A model generated the notes under the pieces. The model was not told the origin of the DNA. It saw only the letters and a list, made by a program, of their open reading frames with translations, and ran no database searches. From Thermodesulfobacteriota bacterium (GTDB taxonomy: Bacteria > Desulfobacterota_D > UBA1144 > Nemesobacterales > Mycalebacteriaceae), in assembly GCA_965226585.1 (NCBI GenBank), contig OZ245366.1, forward strand, positions 800,001 to 864,000: DNA of 64,000 nt, read 5' to 3'. Each line of letters begins with the position of its first letter. The stretch's first letter is position 1. The position numbers and the translations under genes are program-made. Of this stretch, positions 28,389-37,661 are shown piece by piece.

Positions 28389-29504
28389 TTGATAATCAAA
28401 TCCGCATCTCTACGGAACATCAGGTGCTATGCGTCTGAAACCCCGAATTTTCACCCTGATTTCAACCTCATATACGGAGAGAACGGGCAGGGGAAAACAA
28501 ACCTTCTTGAAGCCGTCTATATGCTTTGCAGGTTCAAGCCGATGAGGGGGGTTTCTTCATCGGAGATTGTTCGTTTCGGTGAGAGTTCCGCGCTTCTCAA
28601 AGGCGTGATAGAGAGGGGCTCTCCGCCGTCCGTAACCGATGTGAAGATAGTGTTCGGGCAGGGAGCGGCGGGCAAGAAGGTAGAGATAAACGGCAAAAGA
28701 CCGGCAAGTTTGGCGAAGAAGGCGCTTGATTTTGAAGTGGTGCATTTTACGCCTTCCGAGGTGGAGCTGGCAAAGGGAAGCCCGTCTTTACGGCGCAGGT
28801 ATTTTGACTCAATAATATGCGGTCTTGTGCCGTCACATTTTCAAGACATTCTGGATTTTCAGCGTCTGATGAGGCAGAGGAATTCACTGCTTGCCATGGG
28901 GCATACGGCGGCTTCCGCCGGTATTGAGCCGTGGGACGCTCAGATGGCGGAAACGGGCGGAAGAATTGTTTATAAGCGTTTGCGCCTTGTGAAGAGGATA
29001 AACAGGGAGATAGACGAGATATACAAGGGCATTGGCGGCGCAAACACGGGAGCGCGAGCCATATATGAGCCGTCTTTTGATAATCCCGGCTCCGGGCGGG
29101 GGGAAATAGCGGATTCCATCAAAAAAGCCCTTAAAAGCAGTTTTTCCCGTGATTTGGCGGTAAAACATACATCTGCGGGACCTCACAGAGACAGAATTTC
29201 CCTGCAAATAGGCGGAAAAGACTGTTCCCTGTTTGCTTCTCAGGGTGAAGCCAGAAGTGTTGTTCTTGCCTTGAAGATAGCGGAAATTCGTTTGTATCAG
29301 GAGATAAAGAAGGAAAACCCCGTATTCCTTCTTGATGACATATCGAGCGAGTTGGACGGCAGGCGCAGAAAATTTCTTTTTGACATGCTCCTGGATTATC
29401 CCGGGCAAGTTTTTGTTACCTCCACATCCGCCTCGGATATTCTCTACGAAGGAGAGCGGAAAACTTTTCAAATCAGAGATGGCAAACTTACAGAGAAGGG
29501 CTGA
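28389..29504 (+). CDS. recF: DNA replication/repair protein RecF
   Basis: GENGQGKTNLLEA, GPHRD, ASQGE, LLDDISSELD; start reassigned to TTG 28389. Confidence 0.93.
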   Translation: MIIKSASLRNIRCYASETPNFHPDFNLIYGENGQGKTNLLEAVYMLCRFKPMRGVSSSEIVRFGESSALLKGVIERGSPPSVTDVKIVFGQGAAGKKVEINGKRPASLAKKALDFEVVHFTPSEVELAKGSPSLRRRYFDSIICGLVPSHFQDILDFQRLMRQRNSLLAMGHTAASAGIEPWDAQMAETGGRIVYKRLRLVKRINREIDEIYKGIGGANTGARAIYEPSFDNPGSGRGEIADSIKKALKSSFSRDLAVKHTSAGPHRDRISLQIGGKDCSLFASQGEARSVVLALKIAEIRLYQEIKKENPVFLLDDISSELDGRRRKFLFDMLLDYPGQVFVTSTSASDILYEGERKTFQIRDGKLTEKG

Positions 29505-29583
29505 AAAGATTCGTTCCTTGCCAAACCACTCGTAGATGGAAAATTTCCCCGAAACTGACACGCCAACCGTTCCGAAACCTGTA

Positions 29584-29611
29584 AGTTGACATAAGATACC
29601 TTATCGGACAT
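29584..29611 (-). other. dif: dif-like XerCD recombination site
   Basis: Minus strand ATGTCCGATAA-GGTATC-TTATGTCAACT: 11-6-11 layout with ATAA/TTAT inner cores and a XerD-like TTATGT arm; intergenic; KOPS-like motifs invert around it. Confidence 0.85.
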
Positions 29612-29776
29612 TGTGTATTATCACAAAGCCCGTGTCTTAAAATAGTTAGTCATATCAATCTGATACGCTATATTAATGGCGCATAGTTAAAGTTCAAGTA
29701 TCCTGTTCCAGCCCTGCCTTTCTTGCGTATTCCGGTTTGTTGTGGTTATTCTCACTTCAAAAAGGAGGAGATAATC

Positions 29777-30121
29777 ATGCCTACCATCTTTTCACAGATA
29801 ATAGACCGCGAGATTCCGGCAGACATTGTTTACGAGGACGACATCTGCATTGCCTTCAAGGATGTAAGCCCTCAGGCTCCGGTTCACGTGCTTTTGATAC
29901 CAAAAACGGAGATTGCTTCCCTGAACGACCTGAAAGCGGGACAGCACGAAGGCGTTATGGGGCATTTGATGGTTAAAGTGCCTGAGATTGCCTCAAAAGC
30001 GGGTATTTCAGACGATGGATACAGAATAGTTGCGAATACGGGTAAAAACGGCGGACAGACGGTTTTTCATATACATATTCACATACTTGGCGGCAGGGAA
30101 TTGGAATGGCCGCCGGGGTAA
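29777..30121 (+). CDS. hinT: Histidine triad nucleotide-binding protein
   Basis: PTIFSQII.REIPA.IVYED, GQTVFHIHIHILGG; AAGGAGG RBS before ATG 29777. Confidence 0.95.
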   Translation: MPTIFSQIIDREIPADIVYEDDICIAFKDVSPQAPVHVLLIPKTEIASLNDLKAGQHEGVMGHLMVKVPEIASKAGISDDGYRIVANTGKNGGQTVFHIHIHILGGRELEWPPG

Positions 30122-30180
30122 ACCTTGACCCGTCCACACCGCGCATATACCATTCAACGAGTAAGCCCCGCGAGGTTTGA

Positions 30181-32943
30181 ATGTCTAAACCCTCAACCAT
30201 TCTCATTCTTTTCGCTCTTCTGTCCTCACTTGCCCTGCCAAATCCGGCACACGCTCAATCTTGCCGGATGACTGTCATTTCCCTGATAGGAGAACCGCCG
30301 GCAAGCGATTCCTCTTCTGACTTTGACGTAACAAATTCCTCAGACAGCAACCCCAGCGAATACGCAAGACAACTGGCAAAAGAACTGGAAGCCGGAAACA
30401 TCACCAACGTATTCATAGTCAGGCCGGGCGATGAAGACTACCTCCTCGGCTCCGGCACCGTTACCATAAATTATAAAGTGGCGCAAAACTCCGACTCTTG
30501 CACAAACCTTCGAATAGAAGCAATAGGCAGAGAAGGAGCAAATATAGCAACGGTGTCCGGAGGGAGCGTGGCGTCAGGGGACATTCCGCAGGGAAATATC
30601 GTGTTTCTGGCGACAAACAATGTTTTCGTCAGCCCGACAGGAAGAAACATTAACGCCGCTCAACTGGTGGGAAACGCCACAAATATAGATGTGATTGTCC
30701 AAAACAACTCTGATGTCCGTCTGGGAGTTCAGTCACCGAACGGCGCGGCGGTCTATGCGAGAACCGAAACCGGAAACATCACACTTTCGGGAGACGGCAC
30801 AGGCAATATCTCCTCTCTGAGTGATAACAGTTTCGCCGCCTATCTTGAAGGCGGAATCAACACCTCAATCACCGGAATCAATGTCCGGGCGGAAGGCGAC
30901 AACAGTATTGCGGTTGCCTCGACCGCAACCTTGCTCATTAAAGACGCGAAAGTGGGAACGGGCGGCGCAGACAGCGATGCTATCAGGGCGACCGGGAGTG
31001 TAACAATAGACGGTTCAGTCGTGTCTGCGGATGGTGGGAACAGTTCAGCGGTGAGAGTTATCTATGTCGCGCCGCCGCCCCGCAGTCAGCCCCGCGCTCC
31101 CCATGCGGGCAGGTCGGCATTTTCCGGAAGGGGAAGCGGCGGGGTGGAGTTGAACATTGGAAACGGCTCGGTTGTTTGCGCCGGTGTGGTTTCAGGTTCA
31201 GCCTGCGCGCCGGGCGCGAATGCCTATGCCGTGCGGTTTGAGGCGGCGCACGGCTCAACCGGCAACATCACAACAACAATCGGCGCGGGCGGTTCCGTAA
31301 CGGGAGCGGTATCGCTTTCGGAAAATCATGATGTTGTCTATAACAACGGCTCTTTCACGGGTTCGGGCTCAACCGGAGAAGGCGATGATACGATTGAAAA
31401 CAGGGGAAACTTCACCCTCATCGGCGATTTTGACATGGGGGAAGGCGCGGACGTTTTTGAAAATCTGGAAGGCGGAACGGTTGTCTACGGCGGCGGGGAG
31501 ACGGCGCAGTCCGCCTCCGGTCATTCCACAGCCCCGGGCGGCATTACCCCGTCAGCAAGCGGCGACAGCCGTTTCCGTCTCTCGGCATCGCCCCCTGCTT
31601 CCGCGCCCTCACCCCCCGAAACCCTGACCATCAACTTCGGCGGCGGCGATGACCACTTCATAAACAACGGCACAATCGTAATTGAAGAAACCGGCGGTTT
31701 TAACGGGTTGGAGAAAATAACCTTCGGTGAAAACTCAACCGTAATGGTTGTTACCGCAGATTCTACAGAAATGACAACAGACAAACCCCTCATAGAACTT
31801 GAAGGCGAGATAACCGCAGAGGATGTTAAAGACCTGAACATAAAATTAGCCAACCCTGAAAGACATTCAGACGAATTCGCCCTATTCAGCGAAACCGCCC
31901 TTCCCGATAACGAAGCCGAAAGGCAAGCGGTGTTGAGCATGATAAGCGGCGGTCTTGGTGAAGGCAGTAGCGCGGGGGTGGATTCAAACGGCAATATATT
32001 TGTTGTGCTTGCCAATTCCGTTCACTTTAACTACCTGAGAAATTATGACGCAATGATCCAATCCGCTTACCACTCAGATAGTGCCTTCTCAGAAAAACTG
32101 CGAGGCAGTTGTTACGGCGGAGAAGCGGAAACACAAGATTTGCAAGGCGGCTGTCTCTGGGCAGATGCGGGAAGCCGTCACACGAGACACGACACAAAGG
32201 TTAAATACGGTGAAGACGCTTATGTATTTGCCGGAGGTTTGTCCATCCCCGCAGGGCAGTCTGCCGTATCAATCGGCGCGGGTTATGAAACATCAGACTT
32301 TAATGCCGGAACTGATACAAACGCGGCGGGGGAAAGGTTTATGGCAGGGTTATCAGTAGCGGGTGAGATTTGGAAAAGAATTATCGCAGACGCAAGAACA
32401 CAATTTGCAAAAGCGGCATGGGAATCAACATCCGCAAGAGGAGAAGACACCTACTCCGCAAAAACGGATATAACAACGTGGTCTGCGGCAATAGGGGCGG
32501 AGATGCCATTCTTTCCCGGTGGTGTATTTATGGTGGTTCCGCGTCTTGAAGCGGGAGTAGCCCGTGTATCTGCGGACAGTTTTACAGAAACTGGCGGCGG
32601 AGATATGCCTCTTAAAGTAGGCGGATTATCACAAACATATTTGCGTGTAACCCCATCGGTAACGGCTTACGCTCCCGCAGGGGAAAGTGTAAATATGTGG
32701 ATGACCGCCGGAGCGGACGCGCATTTAACAGACCCCAAAACAGACTTAAAAGCCGCCTTCTCTCCTGATGACCCTGTGAATACAAAAGGCGGTTTTGAAC
32801 GCATAAACATAAGATACAGCGCGGGGGCAGAGGTAAATCCGTTAAAAGGTGTAAGTGTTCGGGTTGCGTATAGCGGAGGGGTTTCCACTACATTTGATAC
32901 GCTTACGCAGACATTCACGGCAAGGTTCGGAGTGGCGTTTTAA
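30181..32943 (+). CDS. Autotransporter (signal peptide, Gly/Asn-rich passenger, C-terminal beta-barrel)
   Basis: Signal ending AHA-Q; G.G.D.F.N repeats; barrel from LWADAG ending in RFGVAF. Confidence 0.85.
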   Translation: MSKPSTILILFALLSSLALPNPAHAQSCRMTVISLIGEPPASDSSSDFDVTNSSDSNPSEYARQLAKELEAGNITNVFIVRPGDEDYLLGSGTVTINYKVAQNSDSCTNLRIEAIGREGANIATVSGGSVASGDIPQGNIVFLATNNVFVSPTGRNINAAQLVGNATNIDVIVQNNSDVRLGVQSPNGAAVYARTETGNITLSGDGTGNISSLSDNSFAAYLEGGINTSITGINVRAEGDNSIAVASTATLLIKDAKVGTGGADSDAIRATGSVTIDGSVVSADGGNSSAVRVIYVAPPPRSQPRAPHAGRSAFSGRGSGGVELNIGNGSVVCAGVVSGSACAPGANAYAVRFEAAHGSTGNITTTIGAGGSVTGAVSLSENHDVVYNNGSFTGSGSTGEGDDTIENRGNFTLIGDFDMGEGADVFENLEGGTVVYGGGETAQSASGHSTAPGGITPSASGDSRFRLSASPPASAPSPPETLTINFGGGDDHFINNGTIVIEETGGFNGLEKITFGENSTVMVVTADSTEMTTDKPLIELEGEITAEDVKDLNIKLANPERHSDEFALFSETALPDNEAERQAVLSMISGGLGEGSSAGVDSNGNIFVVLANSVHFNYLRNYDAMIQSAYHSDSAFSEKLRGSCYGGEAETQDLQGGCLWADAGSRHTRHDTKVKYGEDAYVFAGGLSIPAGQSAVSIGAGYETSDFNAGTDTNAAGERFMAGLSVAGEIWKRIIADARTQFAKAAWESTSARGEDTYSAKTDITTWSAAIGAEMPFFPGGVFMVVPRLEAGVARVSADSFTETGGGDMPLKVGGLSQTYLRVTPSVTAYAPAGESVNMWMTAGADAHLTDPKTDLKAAFSPDDPVNTKGGFERINIRYSAGAEVNPLKGVSVRVAYSGGVSTTFDTLTQTFTARFGVAF

Positions 32944-33110
32944 TACTGGATTCCTGCTTCCGCAGGAATGACGGGGAAGGGCAAGGAATGACGCTTCTCA
33001 CCACTCCGTCATTCCGTGTTTGTCTCCTTCCCGTCATTCCGTGCTTGACACGGAATCCAGTATTCAACTGGCTAATTAATACTGGATTCCTGCTTCCGCA
33101 GGAATGACGG
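32941..33110. repeat. Cluster of dRS3/REP-like palindromic repeats
   Basis: Identical 34-mers taatactggattcctgcttccgcaggaatgacgg at 32941 and 33077; inverted variant ccgtcattccgtgcttgacacggaatccagtatt at 33031; partial copies in between. Confidence 0.9.
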
Positions 33111-35940
33111 AGGAGGGAACCAGACACCTGTCGCACAAAATCCCGCCGTCAGCCCTTTTTGCGGCGGATGGCTCTCTTTTCCAACAACGTTCACACTTGG
33201 GCTTGTCCGACAAGTCTCTTATAGCCGGCTCCGTGTTGCCGCCTTTACGGAATCTGCTTACCCCCAGCAAATCCGCTATCTCCGCCTCTTCAAAACCTCC
33301 CGTGTCTGCTGAACATTCAATCTCCGCGTCCAGAGGGTTTGCCGGGCTGTTCAGCTTTTTCGCCTCTTCAAGCGCGAGCAGGCATGAATCTTTAAGAGGA
33401 ATTACGGTTTCCGTCCACGTTTTCAAAACAGCCGCCTCTTCTCCGGTCAACTCCTCCGCGCAAGGAAAATCTGTCAGATGAACACTCGCGGCTTTGCCGC
33501 CGCCGGGCAGACAGCGATACGCCTCCTCCGCCGTGTGCACAAGTATCGGGGCGCAAAGCTTTATGAGAGCATCAGCGATTTCATTTATAACGGTCTGCGT
33601 TTTTCTCCTTCCACTCTCATTCTTTCCATCACAATACAATCTGTCGCGCACGGTTCCGATGTAGTGCCGGCTCAAAAAAGAATCACAGAAAAACAGTATT
33701 GAACGGCTCGCCTCTTTGTAGTCAAAACCGGAGTAATGTTTAAGGGTTTTATTGACGGTGTCTTTAAGCATCACCCGCGCTATGCCGTCAATGGACAACC
33801 TGTCTCCCTCCCCAAGCCCCGCTCCGTTTGTTTCGGGATTAAAATCGTTCAAATTGCTCAGAAGAAAACGGACTGTGTTCCTTATCGTTCTGTATTCATC
33901 CGCCGCAGACTCTATAATTTTTATGTCCGCCTTTACGTCATTTGAATAATTCAGCGAACTCACCCACCACCTGCAAACATCCGCGCCGTATTGCTTCAAT
34001 ATCTGCGCCACTTCAAGCGCGTTTCCGCCGGACTTGCTCATCTTTCTGCCGTCAGAATCAACTATGAACCCGTGCGTTAATATCTGCGAAAAAGGAGCCG
34101 CGCCGGTCGCCCCGAGAGACGGAAGAAGAGACGACTGAAACCAGCCCCTGTGCTGGTCTGAACCCTCAAGATAAAGGTCCGCCCTTCCCTGCTCACCCTT
34201 CTCAATTACAGAATGCCATGAGGAACCGGACTCAAACCAGACATCAAAAATATCATTTCCTTTTTTCAGCCCCGCCGGATCCCATTTCTCTTTTGCCCAC
34301 TCCGGAGCGTCTTTATCTTCACGCGGATCGTATTGCGAAAGTATCTCCCCCGCCTCCGCTTCAAACCACATTCCGCTTCCCCTTTCACGTATTTTCTCCG
34401 CGACCGCGAGGATGCTTTTTTCCGTCATAAGAATATCGCCGTCCGCATTTGTGAACGCCGGTATCGGAAGCCCCCAAGAACGCTGGCGCGATATGCACCA
34501 GTCAGGTCTTGATTCAAGCATTCCGGCAAACCTTTTGCGCCCCCACTCCGGGTGGAAAGCCACCTCTCCGTTCACGCTGTCAAGAGCCATGCGGCGCAGG
34601 GTTTTGCCTCCCCCGCCCACGGGCTCATCCGTTTTAATAAACCACTGGGCGGTGGCGCGGAAAATTGTCGGCGTTTTTCCCCGCCAATCGTGCGGGTAGC
34701 TGTGAACTATGTCTTCGGTGTGAAAAAGCAAACCCGTTTCGCGCAGTTTTTCCGTGATAATTTTATTCCCCTCCCACACATGTTTCCCGCTCAGCCAGCC
34801 GGGTGTGGAAGAGTCAAACGAACCGTCTTCAAGAACCGGGCAGTAGGTGTCAAGCCCTTCCCTTATTCCCGTTATGTAATCCTCCGTCCCGTGCCCCGGC
34901 GCGGTGTGAACAAGCCCCGTGCCCTCATCCGTTCCAACATACGGCGCGCACACCACCCTCCCCTCATATTCAATAAACGGATGCGAGTATTTTGTTCCCG
35001 CAGACACAAAATCCTTTCCCGCGCATGAGCCGGTTTTTTCAAACGAAACTTCCGGGTTTTTTGAAAAAACAGATTCCGCGAGTTCTTCCGCAACAACGCA
35101 GAAAATATCATCCCTTCCCTCTGCGCGAAGTTTGTAAAGCCCGTAACCCGCTTCGGGAGCAACGGCAATCGCCAAATTCGCGGGAAGCGTCCACGGGGTT
35201 GTTGTCCATATCATAAGAGAAGCCGGAACCCCCTTCGGCGCGTTCAAAGACACGGGCAGAGTTTCTGTGCCGGTTACGGGGAAAAGCGCGTAGACGCTTG
35301 GGTCTGTTCTGTCGTGATATTCAAGCTCCGCTTCGGCAAGCGCGGTTTTGTTTTCAATAGACCAGTGAACGGGTTTCAAGTCGTGCCGGACGATATTTTT
35401 CGCCACAAGCGCGGCAAAAACCTCAAGCACTCCCGCCTCATATTGCGGGTGCATTGTCAGATACGGGTTTTCATAATCGGCAACCGTTCCGAGCCGCTTC
35501 ATCTCTTTTGTCTGCACGCGGACAAACTTATCGGCGTAGTTGCGGCATTTTTTTCTTATCAGAACAGGGTCTGACACCTCACCCGCGCCGCCCGTCTCTT
35601 TAAGCACCTTGTGCTCAATCGGAAGCCCGTGGCAATCCCATCCCGGTATGAGAAAAGAGTCAAAGCCCCGCATTGTTTTTGAGCGCACAACGAGGTCTTT
35701 GAGGATTTTATTGAGCAAATGCCCGATGTGGATTGAGCCGTTTGCGTAAGGGGGTCCGTCGTGCAGAACAAATCTGTCTCTGCCCGCAGATTTTTTCCTT
35801 ATCGCGGAGAAAAGATTCATCTCCTCCCACTCTTTCTGCATAACCGGCTCTTTCTGCAAAAGTCCGGCTTTCATTGGAAACCCCTTTGCTTCGGGAAGGT
35901 TCAGGGAACCCCTGTAATCGTTTTTCTTTTTTTCAGACAT
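33076..35940 (-). CDS. ileS: Isoleucyl-tRNA synthetase (type 1)
   Basis: HDGPPYANG.IHIGH, WTTTPWT, EGSDQHRGWF, KMSKS, C-terminal CERCW...CDRC Zn finger. Confidence 0.97.
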   Translation of the reverse strand: MSEKKKNDYRGSLNLPEAKGFPMKAGLLQKEPVMQKEWEEMNLFSAIRKKSAGRDRFVLHDGPPYANGSIHIGHLLNKILKDLVVRSKTMRGFDSFLIPGWDCHGLPIEHKVLKETGGAGEVSDPVLIRKKCRNYADKFVRVQTKEMKRLGTVADYENPYLTMHPQYEAGVLEVFAALVAKNIVRHDLKPVHWSIENKTALAEAELEYHDRTDPSVYALFPVTGTETLPVSLNAPKGVPASLMIWTTTPWTLPANLAIAVAPEAGYGLYKLRAEGRDDIFCVVAEELAESVFSKNPEVSFEKTGSCAGKDFVSAGTKYSHPFIEYEGRVVCAPYVGTDEGTGLVHTAPGHGTEDYITGIREGLDTYCPVLEDGSFDSSTPGWLSGKHVWEGNKIITEKLRETGLLFHTEDIVHSYPHDWRGKTPTIFRATAQWFIKTDEPVGGGGKTLRRMALDSVNGEVAFHPEWGRKRFAGMLESRPDWCISRQRSWGLPIPAFTNADGDILMTEKSILAVAEKIRERGSGMWFEAEAGEILSQYDPREDKDAPEWAKEKWDPAGLKKGNDIFDVWFESGSSWHSVIEKGEQGRADLYLEGSDQHRGWFQSSLLPSLGATGAAPFSQILTHGFIVDSDGRKMSKSGGNALEVAQILKQYGADVCRWWVSSLNYSNDVKADIKIIESAADEYRTIRNTVRFLLSNLNDFNPETNGAGLGEGDRLSIDGIARVMLKDTVNKTLKHYSGFDYKEASRSILFFCDSFLSRHYIGTVRDRLYCDGKNESGRRKTQTVINEIADALIKLCAPILVHTAEEAYRCLPGGGKAASVHLTDFPCAEELTGEEAAVLKTWTETVIPLKDSCLLALEEAKKLNSPANPLDAEIECSADTGGFEEAEIADLLGVSRFRKGGNTEPAIRDLSDKPKCERCWKREPSAAKRADGGILCDRCLVPSSVIPAEAGIQY

Positions 35941-35966
35941 TTATGCTTTCCCGCCGCCGGGCTTTT

Positions 35967-36323
35967 TCAGTATTTGGGACGGATTATTTCCCAATAGACA
36001 AAATTCTCAAGTTTATCGTGCATTTTTTTCGCGAACGCCGCCCATTTGCTCCACTCTTTCTTGTAGGGCTTTGTATCGTCCACCCGGTTTTTAATTTTGA
36101 AGCCGGTTTCCGATTTTTCAATTACATAGTCATCGTCATCCTTGAAAGTTTCCTGAAGTTTTTCCGCGTATTCGTGCAAAATCTTCACTTTTTCGGGGCT
36201 CATGTCTCTTATCTCCATTATAAAATGCCCGTTTTTCTGGTCTGAAGGCATATCCATCATACTGCCCTGATGAAAAACCGTTGTGTTTATGTCTTCGGCT
36301 TTCATTGAGATAAGAAGTTCCAT
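35967..36323 (-). CDS. Hypothetical protein
   Basis: 118 aa ORF packed between aceF and ileS on the same strand. Confidence 0.65.
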   Translation of the reverse strand: MELLISMKAEDINTTVFHQGSMMDMPSDQKNGHFIMEIRDMSPEKVKILHEYAEKLQETFKDDDDYVIEKSETGFKIKNRVDDTKPYKKEWSKWAAFAKKMHDKLENFVYWEIIRPKY

Positions 36324-36341
36324 TGTACTGCCCTGCCCGCG

Positions 36342-37625
36342 CTAACCCTCAAACACCAGTTTGAACGGCTCTTCCACCGCCTCAACTACCCACCTTGAAA
36401 ACCTTGCCGCCTCCGCGCCGTCTATCATTCTGTGGTCGTATGACAGAGACATCGGAAGCATCAGCTTCGGTTTGAACCGCCCGGACGCCTTGTCGTACAC
36501 GGGGCTCATTTTTGCGCGTGAAAGCCCAAGCACCGCCACTTCCGGAAAGTTCACAATCGGCGTGAAAGAATCGCCGCCGATTCCGCCCAAGTTGCTAACC
36601 GTGAAACTCGCCCCCTGAAGATCATCCGGCTTTATGTTTTTCTCCCGCGCCCTTCTAGCAAGGTCAGCCAGCTCAACGGATATTTCCACTATGTTTTTTT
36701 CTCCGGCATTTTTTATAACCGGAACAACAAGCCCCCTTTCCGTGTCAACCGCGATGCCGATGTTTATGTATTCTTTCAGAACCATCTCCCCGTTCTGTTC
36801 GTCAAAACTGCCGTTGAATTTTGTGAACACGCCCAGAGCGGAAGCCACAACCCTCACCATAATCGCCGTTACTGTGAGTTTTCCTCCGGCTTTTTCGGCT
36901 TTTCCGCTGAATGTTTTACGCAGGTCTTCAAGTTCGGTGATGTCTGCGCTGTCGTGATGGGTAACGTGCGGAACTGTTCTCCACGAGCCGGAAAGACGCC
37001 GCGCGGAAAGTTTGCCGACTGTTGAAACGGGAACCCTTTCGGTTTTCCCCCAGGGGCTGAAGTCGGGAAGTTCTGACGTTTTTTCAAGCGGCGAGTTTAT
37101 CAGGTCTTTCGCCTGCGCCCTCACGTCTTCAGATGAAACCCTTCCCCTCGCTCCCGTGCCTTTTATTTGCGAGATGTCTATTCCAATGTCTCTCGCGAGT
37201 GATTTTGCTGACGGCGATGACGGAGGCTGATTTCCCCCCGCCGGTTTCGGAGACGGTTTTTTCTCCCGTGTTTCCGCCGCGCCGCCGTCCGCCTCAGGCG
37301 CGGGTTCCGCAACTTTTTTATCGGGTGCTTTTTCTTCCGGTTTTTTCTTTTTCGGCTCAGGCTCAGCCGCCGTGTTTGCCGCCTCCGCGCCGCCGTCATT
37401 TATTGTGGCGATAAGACCGCCGACTTTTACCGTGTCTCCCACGGAAACGTCAATGCTTTCCACCTTTCCCTCAAACGGGCACGGAAGTTCAAAAGCCGCC
37501 TTTTCCGTCTCAAGTTCAACAAACGGCTCATCTTTGCCTATAACGTTTCCGGCTTTAACAAAAACCGCTATAACGGACGCTTCCTCTATGTTTTCCCCGA
37601 TTTCAGGCAGACGAAACTGTTTCAT
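36342..37625 (-). CDS. aceF: Pyruvate dehydrogenase E2 (dihydrolipoamide acetyltransferase), one lipoyl domain
   Basis: ETEKA lipoyl motif, GTGARGRV binding domain, SYDHRMIDG. Confidence 0.93.
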   Translation of the reverse strand: MKQFRLPEIGENIEEASVIAVFVKAGNVIGKDEPFVELETEKAAFELPCPFEGKVESIDVSVGDTVKVGGLIATINDGGAEAANTAAEPEPKKKKPEEKAPDKKVAEPAPEADGGAAETREKKPSPKPAGGNQPPSSPSAKSLARDIGIDISQIKGTGARGRVSSEDVRAQAKDLINSPLEKTSELPDFSPWGKTERVPVSTVGKLSARRLSGSWRTVPHVTHHDSADITELEDLRKTFSGKAEKAGGKLTVTAIMVRVVASALGVFTKFNGSFDEQNGEMVLKEYINIGIAVDTERGLVVPVIKNAGEKNIVEISVELADLARRAREKNIKPDDLQGASFTVSNLGGIGGDSFTPIVNFPEVAVLGLSRAKMSPVYDKASGRFKPKLMLPMSLSYDHRMIDGAEAARFSRWVVEAVEEPFKLVFEG

Positions 37626-37661
37626 TTTTTTGCTCTCCCGCGCTTCCCCTATTCTACCAGT

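Noticed and set aside
29505..29776. oriC next to recF
   Set aside because: No clustered TTATCCACA DnaA boxes or dnaA gene; the spacer instead holds a dif-like site with converging KOPS.
32941..33110. Possible CRISPR array (identical 34-bp repeats)
   Set aside because: Only two direct copies with an inverted variant between them, no regular spacers and no cas genes; fits a REP-like element.
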